64,000 nucleotides of DNA, taken from contig JBBRLJ010000012.1 in NCBI GenBank assembly GCA_038231435.1, positions 1-64,000 of the forward strand, written 5' to 3'. Below are positions 31,201 through 41,899 of this stretch, in pieces. This DNA comes from Planctomycetota bacterium (GTDB lineage Bacteria; Planctomycetota; UBA11346). A model generated the notes under the pieces. It was not told where the DNA came from. It searched no databases and saw only the letters and a program-made list of their open reading frames with translations. A program made the translations under genes and the position numbers. Numbering within the stretch: position 1 is the first letter of the stretch; each line of letters starts with the position of its first letter.

Positions 31201-31418
31201 CGCCAGCCGTCGGATGCACGGGTGATCGCCGAATGCTCACGGCTGGTGCCATCGTCGGGCACGGTGACGTCGGCGCCTTCGCTGCGCCCGAGCACGACGC
31301 GGTCCTTGGTGACGAGCACCATGTGCCCCGCGGCATCGCCGGTGATGAACCGCAGCGTCGGCGGGGTCAGGGCGGGCTTGGTCGCGGGTGAAGGGGCATC
31401 CATGGTGCGGGAGGCCAT
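28278..31418 (-). CDS. Tandem-FHA Ser/Thr kinase-domain membrane protein (probable pseudokinase)
   Basis: FHA motifs GRS...SREHS...SRNGT and GRD...EHA...TFLNG; kinase VGAGTLGVVY, AVK, HPNVV, HQGLRPGN, GDF, APEE; TM helix; large C-terminal domain. Confidence 0.88.
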   Translation of the reverse strand: MASRTMDAPSPATKPALTPPTLRFITGDAAGHMVLVTKDRVVLGRSEGADVTVPDDGTSREHSAITRASDGWRLEDLKSRNGTLLNGTKLVAPATLKPGDRIRIGITELEFDIVTPPAAGTRLEVLEGPTAPAHVALSGTLAVIGRDIGKDKCQVAIGPDAEAAEHAQLSLRGGAWRLRSCHADCETFLNGDRVTSEVRLKTGDRIRIGRTLLEFVDGRIDELGGQTIEEQTLATRVGAGTLGVVYRARDARGGATAVKLLDPGLKDDAGAVARFANGARSQMRVTHPNVVRILKVAQNAVLPAVVMEWIPGGSLAEKLSATPKLSVERCLTMAKDIANAMAAAEKERVSHQGLRPGNILFDAEGTAMVGDFTMCAPFDPLQPGEGGDSRWIAPEEATGGAADARANQFSFGLILYQCLTGRPPFGPGTRAEVANARIGGGVPALRAQVPEVSQGFDRLVSRLLARAPAHRFATWDEARAQIDAVIAGKDLPTPPGGTSILGATATAKRSPSSVLPAVAPSSRPGEGKRPSEVRRPSEIRRPSEVMAAAATAAPATVPPSAKPTERLRSASSSRTVPKQSLGRELGIPSSAWAGIGVLVIMLVAIVLLSTMRRTPGTADTEAGRNKPSPSSGTATGTQPLWHPSATAATPPSPGAGLVPASAPAPQLAQAAPGAAPTAIDLAHPPELRPRVLMESRIGGAGDQAISEVGFDAQGNPFAKGSGFSVQIDAADGKTTVSGDPATADANHFDARPRLPTQARSVVDPRSGRSVNVGTRQAGAQLQLPLVSGQGWTWWDAPPERILALGLGADTRCYGADAVADTRFVAAFWCEAANTCLVRDPRDIAKPMPGLSSQPDGAASCYVLLDGSDGTPLKTMFLPAPPCARAVDAWGRIYLAASASTHQYDTRLPGQAGLSVLAADLGSVLVDMRFGGESAADRGIEAFGSIAIKDGLLVLGGTTAARALAGVNATQTNAGGGQDALVVVIRLWGDADAPVSAQPPTPDVPATAKPAPAAATTTPSPTQKPVPAKTPEPPAPKKDIKDIDSAL

Positions 31419-31655
31419 GTTCGTGGCGGCACCAGGCGACGCACGCGAATATCCCAAAGATGCCCCATTCTCGGCGGCACGGGTGTCAGGCGCAGAGTCT
31501 TGACGTCCACTGATCCGAAGGAGCGCCATCCCAGCCAAACGCCTGGTCGCTCCCGCGGTTCTGTGCGATCGCGGTATGGTTGGGACACCGCGTCACTCGC
31601 TGGCGAGCCACGATCAACCCTCCCTCCGCGGGCAGCACGCTGGCGGCTTTCGGTC

Positions 31656-32471
31656 TCACTCGGCTGACAGTCCCTCGATGCGGATGAACTCCTTGCCATC
31701 GGGCGTGGTGAAGCGGGTCGGCAGGTGGAGTCCGCCCACGGTCTGGTAGTCGAGCCAGCGGGTCACCAGGGTCGGCTCGGCCGCGCCGCCCTTATGGAAA
31801 GCCCACGCGACCGGCAGGTGATCGGCGCCGAGGTACAGCACGTAGCGATCGCCCGGCGTGTAACCGCCGGCGCTCGGATAGCTCACCGATACAGCCGGTC
31901 GTTTGCCCAGGTCGGGCAGTTGTGGCACATCGACCTCGCCGAGATCGCTGGTGGTGGCGCCGTCCCAGGCGAGGTGCAGCGAGAAGAGCAGCCAGTAGCT
32001 GTCATTGATGAACGCTTGATGGGCTTTCACCTTCGCGCCATTCGACGTGCCTGCTGCAGCCGCGGGTCCAGGTGTGGATCCAGGTGGTGTAGAAGACGCG
32101 GGCGCATGCCACTTCGCCGGCAACGTCACGTTCGTCGGTCCATTGGCCTGGTCGTCATTTCCCGTGGATGGCGCTGGCATGGTGATGGTGACATCTCCGC
32201 CATCAGCGTCCGAGCGCGGGTGCCAATCGTAGGAGCGCGCCGCATCCTTGGGCACATGCCGCCAGGTGAAGCGCAGCCGCGTCAGCTTCGCCCAGGCGTC
32301 GACGCCCGCCGCCGTGGCGACCAACGGGGCGAGCACGCTGGAAGCTGGCGCAGGCGCCGCTGAGGTCGCGGTGGGAGCCGGCGCGGGGGCGGGAATGGCT
32401 CCATCCTCGGCAAGGAGCGGACCCGACAGGGCGAGCATGAAAGCGGTACAGTGGCGACGGCGATGGGTCAT
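31656..32471 (-). CDS. Hypothetical exported protein
   Basis: Signal peptide, AGVDAW...LRFTW, FINDSYWLL, GGYTPGDRYVLY, WLDYQTVGGL; resembles LolA-fold-like unknown families. Confidence 0.75.
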   Translation of the reverse strand: MTHRRRHCTAFMLALSGPLLAEDGAIPAPAPAPTATSAAPAPASSVLAPLVATAAGVDAWAKLTRLRFTWRHVPKDAARSYDWHPRSDADGGDVTITMPAPSTGNDDQANGPTNVTLPAKWHAPASSTPPGSTPGPAAAAGTSNGAKVKAHQAFINDSYWLLFSLHLAWDGATTSDLGEVDVPQLPDLGKRPAVSVSYPSAGGYTPGDRYVLYLGADHLPVAWAFHKGGAAEPTLVTRWLDYQTVGGLHLPTRFTTPDGKEFIRIEGLSAE

Positions 32472-32677
32472 GAAGGTCTCCGGGGTTCAGGGTCCGCTGC
32501 CGTGGCGCGATCGTTAGAGTGTAGCCGCTGCCGCTCCCAAGGGCATCGTGGAGTCCAGACCAAACAACCTCATATCGACAATCTGTTTCCATATTACGTG
32601 TCCAATCGACACGAGATAAGCCTCCTGCGTTGGCATGCAGTGCGCTTCGGACCTCCACCAGCCAATCAGGGGACACC

Positions 32678-35284
<2,607 letters not shown>

Positions 35285-35475
35285 CCCAGTCGTTGCGAAC
35301 GACTCACGTGCGCGACGCGCGGACGCGGATGCCGGCGAGGGGGTGACTGCTACCCCGCGCGGGCCGGGCCCGAGGACGGGGACATTCGCGAATTTCTTCG
35401 ATGGTTCGCGCTGGAAACCAGCGCTGGGGCGCCAGACTGGTAGTCCACCGTCCCAGCCGGACAGCGGAGCCCTCG

Positions 35476-38400
35476 ATGCGCATTTCGAAATCCTGTCGCC
35501 GCACGCTCGCCGCGATCCGCTGTGCTGCCATCGCCGTGGCGGTGATCGCACTTCCGGGGACCGCCCAGGCGAGCGAATGGCACGACGCGCTCGCGTCTGG
35601 CGCGGATGCCCAGCGCCAGCTGCGCGCCGCAGCGCCGAGCGTTCGCGTCATCTCCGACGCGGCCTCGGGCACGGTGCGCAGCCTGGTCTCGCCCGACGCC
35701 GTGCTGGCGACTCCCGATTCGCTGCCGCTGCCGGCCTTCGCGCGCGCCGACGATCCGCATCGGGTAGTCAGGTCCTTCGTCGCCCGCTACGCCGCGCTCT
35801 TCGGCGGCGATGAGCGACTGCTCGAGGATGCCACCGTCGAGCGCGATTACGTTTCGGCGCACAATGGCCTGCGCACCGTGGTGTGGTCGCAGCAGGTGGG
35901 CGGCATCCCGGTTCAGGATGGCCGATTCGTTGCCAACATCGCCGGCGATGGCTCGCTGTTGTCGATTTCGAACCGCTGCATGCCGCATGTCGCGCTCGCC
36001 GCAGCGCTCGCCCGCCCGTCGCCCGCGCTGACGGCGGCGCAGGCGGTCGCCGCCGCCATCGGCGCCGATGCCGGATCGATCAGCACCAACTCCGATGCGG
36101 CCGGAGCTGCGCAGGCGCAATCGTTCACCTCCGCGGGCGCACGCGGCGGCATAGACGCGCGACTGACCTGGGCCCGCGCGGGAGGCGCCCTGCGCCTGGC
36201 CTGGGAAGTCACCGCCGCCGACGAGCGCGGCGCCATGACCTGGCTGTCGACGATCGACGCCCAGGACGCGACGGTGCTCTCGCGCCGCTGCCTCACGAAG
36301 TCCTTCATGTCCGCCGAGCGCGCGGCGCAGCTCTCGGCCCAGATCCTGGCCGCGGGAAAACCGGGTACGGCACTGGCCGGCACGGCGTCCTCGTTGGCTC
36401 CAGCAATCCAGCAGCCGGCGCCTGCATCGCTCACCATGCCAACCTTCCCGACGACGCCCAGCCTCAGCACCCAGTCGCTGTCGCTGCTGGTCTTCGCCCA
36501 GGAGAGCCCGACGCCGATGCTGCCCGGATTGTCCTCGGCGTCGTCCGCGCAGCCGGCCGCGGTCGCCAGGGTGGCGGTGTCTGGTCCGGGCTCGACCACG
36601 GCGTCGCCGAACAACTGGATCAACGACGGAGTGACCATCACCGTCGGCAACAACGTCGACGCGCATCCCGACGCCAACGGCGACAACGTGGCCGATTCGC
36701 ATCCGAGCGGCGGCGGTCCACAGGGCCGTGATTTCACTCCAGCGATCGATCTCACCCAGGCGCCCTCGACCTACACCGATGCGGCGGTGGTGAATGTGTT
36801 CTACTGGTGCAATGTGATGCACGACCGACTGTATCTCCTCGGTTTCGACGAGGCAGCCGGCAATTTCCAGGCGACGAATTTTGGCCGCGGGGGCATCGGT
36901 GGCGACGCGGTGCAGGCGGATGCACAGGACTCCAGCGGCCTGCCCAGCCCACCGCTCGACAACGCCAACTTCTCGACCTCGGTCGACGGGACCTCGGCGC
37001 GGATGCAGATGTACGACTTCAGCGGTGGTCGCGACGGCGATCTCGACGCCACCGTCGTCTGCCACGAATACACCCACGGCCTGAGCACCAGGCTGGTGGG
37101 CAGTGGCGACGCATTGAATTCGCTGCAGGCCGCGGGCATGGGCGAAGGCTGGTCGGACTTCTACGCGCTCTCGATCCTGGTCCCCAGCGGCGCCGACCCC
37201 AACGCCTGCTACCCGGTCGGCGCCTACGCCATCAAGGGCCTGTCCGCTTTTCCGGACAATTACTTCACCGGCATCCGCCGCAATCCCTACAGCACCGACC
37301 TGACCAAGAGCCCGTTGACGCTCGACGCCCTCACCGGCTCCCCCGAGGTGCACGACATGGGCGAGATCTGGTGCAACGCTCTGTGGCAGGGACGGGCCAA
37401 TCTGATCGCGCGGCTCGGCGATCCGGCGGGCAACACCCGCATGCTGCAGCTGGTGACCGACGCGATGCGCCTGACCCCCGACGATCCCAGCTACATCCAG
37501 GCGCGCGACGCGATCATCCAGGCGGATATGGTCGATTTCGCCGGTGCCGATCTGCGCGACCTGTGGTCGGCGTTCGCCAAGCGCGGCATGGGGCCCAATG
37601 CCGAGATCCGCGACGCGAACGGCGTGTTCCCGATCACCCAGGACACGGCTCCGATCGGCGACCTGTTCGCGTCCCCCGGCACCTACTACGACTCTGGGGT
37701 CCCTGGCGACGGCTTCGCCGGACGCTCGAAGGCGTACACGGTGCGCAATCTCGGTGCCACGACACTGGACTGGAGTGCGAGCTCCAACCAGGGCTGGGTG
37801 ACGGTGATCCCGTCATCGGGAACGCTGGCGCCAGGTGCGACCGCCACCGTTCAGATGACCCTGACCGCGGCGGCGGCAGCGCTCCCATCCGGAGCCCATC
37901 TCGCCGACGTCACCTTCGCCAACACCACCAACGCCAGTGGCACCAGTATTCGAGCCGCGCACCTAGATGTCGGCGGCACCTACGTTGCGACGGCAACGAC
38001 CTTCGCGTGGCTGACGCCAGCCGCGCCTGTCTCGCTGACGCTCGCCGACGACGCGTTCTCAGCCGCACAGGCGCTGCCCTTCACGTTCACGTTCTATGGC
38101 TCGCCCGAGACCTCCCTGTACGTCGGTTCGAACGGATTGGTGTCGTTCAACACCCCGACGGCCCAGCAGGGAACCTTCTCGTCGAGCAACCAGGCGCTCG
38201 GCGATCCCACGACGATCAACGGCCTGATCTGCCCGCTGTGGTACGATTTCAACCCCGCCGTCGGCTCGCCCGCCATCACCGTCGGTACCACCGGCATCGC
38301 GCCGAACCGCACCTATGTGATCACCTGGGGCAACCTGCGCGCCTTCGGCCGTCCAGCTGGCGAGGAATTCTCGTTCCAAATCCAGCTCAAGGAGGGCTCC

Positions 38401-38778
38401 ACCGACATCGTCTGCGCCTACCAGCAGGTGCGGCCGACGCTGTCCTACGGCGGGGGCAAGCTCGGCACCATCGGCGTCGAGCACCAGGGCGGCCTGCTCG
38501 CCACTACCTACGATGTCGACGGCACCGCCCGGGTCGGCAACAGCTCGGGGCTGCGCTTCACCTACGGCATCCCGCCGACGACTCCAGCGCCGGGAGCCGC
38601 GGTCGCAACGTCGCACAAGAAGAAATGCGGCCATGGGCTCGGCATCGCCGTGGTGCTGTCGCTGCTGCTGCTTGGCGCCGCCCGGAGGCGTCACGGCCCG
38701 CCAGCGGAGGTCGACGGGGACGATCGCGCGGGCGATCTTCCGGGCGAGATTCCCGCAGATGGTTCAACGCACCGCTGA
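35476..38778 (+). CDS. Secreted M36 (fungalysin) zinc metallopeptidase with propeptide, BACON/Ig-like and C-terminal domains
   Basis: Signal peptide, GNNVDA, FDEAAGNFQ, HEYTHGLS, MGEGWSD, EVHDMGEIW, ARDAIIQAD; WSASSNQGWVTV.PSSGTL; C-terminal TM helix. Confidence 0.92.
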   Translation: MRISKSCRRTLAAIRCAAIAVAVIALPGTAQASEWHDALASGADAQRQLRAAAPSVRVISDAASGTVRSLVSPDAVLATPDSLPLPAFARADDPHRVVRSFVARYAALFGGDERLLEDATVERDYVSAHNGLRTVVWSQQVGGIPVQDGRFVANIAGDGSLLSISNRCMPHVALAAALARPSPALTAAQAVAAAIGADAGSISTNSDAAGAAQAQSFTSAGARGGIDARLTWARAGGALRLAWEVTAADERGAMTWLSTIDAQDATVLSRRCLTKSFMSAERAAQLSAQILAAGKPGTALAGTASSLAPAIQQPAPASLTMPTFPTTPSLSTQSLSLLVFAQESPTPMLPGLSSASSAQPAAVARVAVSGPGSTTASPNNWINDGVTITVGNNVDAHPDANGDNVADSHPSGGGPQGRDFTPAIDLTQAPSTYTDAAVVNVFYWCNVMHDRLYLLGFDEAAGNFQATNFGRGGIGGDAVQADAQDSSGLPSPPLDNANFSTSVDGTSARMQMYDFSGGRDGDLDATVVCHEYTHGLSTRLVGSGDALNSLQAAGMGEGWSDFYALSILVPSGADPNACYPVGAYAIKGLSAFPDNYFTGIRRNPYSTDLTKSPLTLDALTGSPEVHDMGEIWCNALWQGRANLIARLGDPAGNTRMLQLVTDAMRLTPDDPSYIQARDAIIQADMVDFAGADLRDLWSAFAKRGMGPNAEIRDANGVFPITQDTAPIGDLFASPGTYYDSGVPGDGFAGRSKAYTVRNLGATTLDWSASSNQGWVTVIPSSGTLAPGATATVQMTLTAAAAALPSGAHLADVTFANTTNASGTSIRAAHLDVGGTYVATATTFAWLTPAAPVSLTLADDAFSAAQALPFTFTFYGSPETSLYVGSNGLVSFNTPTAQQGTFSSSNQALGDPTTINGLICPLWYDFNPAVGSPAITVGTTGIAPNRTYVITWGNLRAFGRPAGEEFSFQIQLKEGSTDIVCAYQQVRPTLSYGGGKLGTIGVEHQGGLLATTYDVDGTARVGNSSGLRFTYGIPPTTPAPGAAVATSHKKKCGHGLGIAVVLSLLLLGAARRRHGPPAEVDGDDRAGDLPGEIPADGSTHR

Positions 38779-39318
38779 ACACACTGCATCGAACAGCTGA
38801 GCGACCTGGTCGCGCACGATCAGCAGGTCGCGGTGCGCGGGTCGCAGGAAGCCTTCCGCCACGGAGTGGTCGAGGAAGCGCAGCAGGTGGTCGTAGTAGC
38901 CATCCTCGTTGAGCAGGCCGACCGGCTTGGCGTGGATGTCGAGCTGCGCCCAGGTGAGGATCTCGCTGAGTTCCTCGAGCGTGCCCATGCCGCCCGGCAG
39001 GGCGATGAAGGCGTCGGCGAGCTGGGCCATGGTCGCCTTGCGTTCATGCATGGTGTCGACCACGCGCAGATCCTGCAGACCGGTGTGCGCGACCTCGAGA
39101 TCGACCAGCACCTGCGGGATCACGCCCACCACCTCGCCGCCGGCCTGTAGCACCGCGTCGGCGACGGCGCCCATCAGGCCGATGTTGCCGGCGCCGTAGA
39201 CCAGCGCGATGCGCCGGGATGCCATCAGGCCACCGAGCTCGATCGCCGCACCCTGGTAGCGGTGGCGCGCGCCGAGAGATGACCCGCAGTAAACGCAGAT
39301 GCGGCGCAAGGGAGTCAT
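38764..39318 (-). CDS. LOG family nucleotide phosphoribohydrolase (TIGR00730-like)
   Basis: ICVYCGSS, YGAG.IGLMG, MHERK, PGGMGTLEE. Confidence 0.93.
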   Translation of the reverse strand: MTPLRRICVYCGSSLGARHRYQGAAIELGGLMASRRIALVYGAGNIGLMGAVADAVLQAGGEVVGVIPQVLVDLEVAHTGLQDLRVVDTMHERKATMAQLADAFIALPGGMGTLEELSEILTWAQLDIHAKPVGLLNEDGYYDHLLRFLDHSVAEGFLRPAHRDLLIVRDQVAQLFDAVCSAVR

Positions 39319-39474
39319 GAGCGGTGGTCTCGAGGGTGATCGTGGTGAACCATCTTGTGGGTGGAAATCTCCGATCCGTCTTCCGGCCATCAACCGAGAA
39401 CCGTCAACCAAGAATCATCGACCAGGCCGCCGGCCGTCCCTGGCCCGCGACGTTCCCCGCGTAGAGTGGCGAGC

Positions 39475-40119
39475 ATGCGCAGGATCCTGCTCGTAGGTGG
39501 AGCGCCCCGTGTCCAGGTGGATGCGGTCCGCTACCTGTGTGTCAGCGCGACCGGCGCCACCGCGGTGGCGCTGCGCGCGCGCCTCGGTTCGCTCGGCCGG
39601 CGCGACGTGGATCTGCTGCTCGCCAGCGACGCGGCTCCCGCGGCCGACGCCATCCGCTTCGCAACCCGCGATGAGCTCGACCGCGCGCTGCGTGGGTGGA
39701 TCGGCGCGCATGCCGATGGCGTGGTGGTGATGTCGGCGGCGGTGAACGACTACGAGCTCGCGGCGGTCGACGAGGTACGGAGCGGGCAGGCGACGCGCAT
39801 CGCTCCCGGAACCAAGGCGCAATCGGGCGCTGATGAATTGGTCATCCGCCTGCGCCCGGCGGCCAAGCTCATCGACCAGTTGCGGGGCTGGGGACTCACT
39901 GGGCCGCTCGTCGGCTTCAAGTACGAGGACCGTGACACCGTGCTCGCTTCGGCCGAGGCCCTGCGCCGGCGGGTGGGCGCCGAGCTGGTGGTCGCCAACA
40001 GCCTGTGCGGCGAGCTCCAGGCGCTGGTGGACGCCTCGGGAGCCACCGAATCGCCTGGCCGGGAAGCCCTGCTGTCAGCTCTCGCGCGGCGCCTCGCCAA
40101 TCTCGCCGCGAAGACGTGA
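39475..40119 (+). CDS. Phosphopantothenate-cysteine ligase-like protein (stand-alone CoaB/DFP domain)
   Basis: GGAPRVQVDAVRYL...ATG, MSAAVNDY, LVGFKYE, VVAN. Confidence 0.75.
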   Translation: MRRILLVGGAPRVQVDAVRYLCVSATGATAVALRARLGSLGRRDVDLLLASDAAPAADAIRFATRDELDRALRGWIGAHADGVVVMSAAVNDYELAAVDEVRSGQATRIAPGTKAQSGADELVIRLRPAAKLIDQLRGWGLTGPLVGFKYEDRDTVLASAEALRRRVGAELVVANSLCGELQALVDASGATESPGREALLSALARRLANLAAKT

Positions 40120-40252
40120 GCTCATTCAAGCCGATGTGACGGCTCGGGATCCGTCTCATCAGCCGACACGCGCGCGGCGCTAAGTGCCGCTTTCCTCGAG
40201 GCGAAAACCCTCCAATCTCGCCATCAGCCCAGCCACGGCACAGTTGGAGCAT

Positions 40253-41839
40253 ATGTCGGTCACCCCCACACCCCTGCGCAGCCCGTCGATCGCTCCGGTC
40301 AACCCGGACGCGCGGGGGGGCGCTCGTCACGAGCGGGGCATGTCCGGGGACCTGGTCGATCGCCTGCCGATCGGGGTGGTGGTGTTTGCGGCCGATGGCC
40401 GCCTCATCCAGGTCAATCCGATGGGGCATCTGCTGCTCGGCCAGGATGTCGCGCTCCATGAGACCCGCGATGAACTGCTGGCGCGCCTCGATCCAGGCTG
40501 CGCCGAGCTCGGCCGTGCCGCCCCCGGCACGCGCCAGGTGGTCATCTCGGGTGGCAAGCTGATCGAGGTCGAGATCCATCCCACCACCGACGGCGGCCTG
40601 ATGTGGCTGATGCAGGACAAGAGCTCAGAGATGCGCCTGCGCTCGCAGCTCACCGAGGAGGCCAGCTTCCTCGCGCACAGTCACGAGGCGTTCATGGTCG
40701 TCGACCAGAACGGCTTCATCCGCTACGCCAACCAGTTCTGCGAGCGCGAGCGCGGCTACGAGCCCAACGGCCTGATCGGCCGCAATCTCGCGCAGATCGA
40801 GCGCACCTGCAGCCCGACCTACGAGGATCCGGTCGAGGTCTCCGGAGCCGACCTGCGCACGCGCCTGCAGGGGGTGGTGAAGGACGGCGGCCCGCTGTCC
40901 TACACCGCATGGCACCGCCGTCTCGACGGCGACGAGCTCCCGGTAGAGGTCAGCATGCGGCCCCACCGCATGAGCTACGAGACGGTGGTCCTCTTGATCG
41001 CCCGCGACGACAGCCGCCGCCTGATGCATCTGCAGGCGCTGGTCAACGCCAAGGCCGACGCCGAGGCTGCGAGCCGCGCCAAGTCGGCGTTCCTCGCCGT
41101 CACCAGCCACGAGCTGCGCACGCCGCTCACCGGCATCATGGGATTCTGCGAATTGCTGCAGCTCGAGTTCGGCGACACTGCGCAGGACACCGCTGCGCGC
41201 TACCTGCAGCTGATCACCGAATCGTCGCAGTCGCTGCTCGCCATCATCAACGACATCGTCGACATCTCGAAGATCGAGGCGCGCACCCTCGAGATCCGCG
41301 CGACCAACGTCGACGTCGACCAGGCCATCGACATGACCGCCCAGCTGTGGGCGAAGCGCGCCGAGGCGAAGGGCCTGAAGCTCACGCGCACGCCGTCGAC
41401 GGGCACGCCGTCGACGATCACCACCGACAGCCAGCGCCTGCGCCAGATGCTCGACAACCTGGTGTCCAACGCGGTCAAGTTCACCGACAAGGGCGAGATC
41501 ACCCTGGCGCTCGACTACCGGCAGGACGGCATCGAGATCACCGTCTCGGACAGCGGCTGCGGCATCGCCGAGGAGATCGGCGAGCGCGTCTTCCATGCCT
41601 TCTGGCAGGCGGCGGATCACCACACCCGCGCCGCCGGCGGCAACGGCCTCGGCCTCTATATCTGCAAGAGCTTGGCCGAGCTGCTCGGCGGCAAGGTCAT
41701 CCTGCACAGCTCATCGAATGCCGGCAGCGTGTTCAAGCTGCGCCTGCCGCAGTCGTGCGTGCTGCGGCCCAACGCGCGCTTGATGAAGTCCGACGTATGG
41801 ATCCGCACCGCCAAGGGCCTGGAATCCGCGCGGAAGTAA
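40253..41839 (+). CDS. PAS-domain sensor histidine kinase
   Basis: Two PAS-like domains; AKSAFLA.TSHELRTPL H-box, NAVKFT, DSGCGI, GNGLGL. Confidence 0.93.
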   Translation: MSVTPTPLRSPSIAPVNPDARGGARHERGMSGDLVDRLPIGVVVFAADGRLIQVNPMGHLLLGQDVALHETRDELLARLDPGCAELGRAAPGTRQVVISGGKLIEVEIHPTTDGGLMWLMQDKSSEMRLRSQLTEEASFLAHSHEAFMVVDQNGFIRYANQFCERERGYEPNGLIGRNLAQIERTCSPTYEDPVEVSGADLRTRLQGVVKDGGPLSYTAWHRRLDGDELPVEVSMRPHRMSYETVVLLIARDDSRRLMHLQALVNAKADAEAASRAKSAFLAVTSHELRTPLTGIMGFCELLQLEFGDTAQDTAARYLQLITESSQSLLAIINDIVDISKIEARTLEIRATNVDVDQAIDMTAQLWAKRAEAKGLKLTRTPSTGTPSTITTDSQRLRQMLDNLVSNAVKFTDKGEITLALDYRQDGIEITVSDSGCGIAEEIGERVFHAFWQAADHHTRAAGGNGLGLYICKSLAELLGGKVILHSSSNAGSVFKLRLPQSCVLRPNARLMKSDVWIRTAKGLESARK

Positions 41840-41899
41840 GCCGCATGGCTAGGTCGGCGCCAGCCGCGGGCCCGCAGCGCGTCTCGTTTCGTGGTGATC

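Noticed and set aside
32472..32677. CIRCE or sigma32 element upstream of clpB
   Set aside because: No TTAGCACTC-N9-GAGTGCTAA and no convincing -35; only a short CGTGTC/GACACG hairpin.
36807..38912. 701-aa alternative-frame ORF and the 35350..37353 antisense ORF
   Set aside because: Frame shadows of the M36 peptidase gene.
38764..39318. LOG protein as an anti-phage (SLOG) defence component
   Set aside because: Ordinary stand-alone PGGxGTxxE LOG with no effector fusion or defence neighbours.
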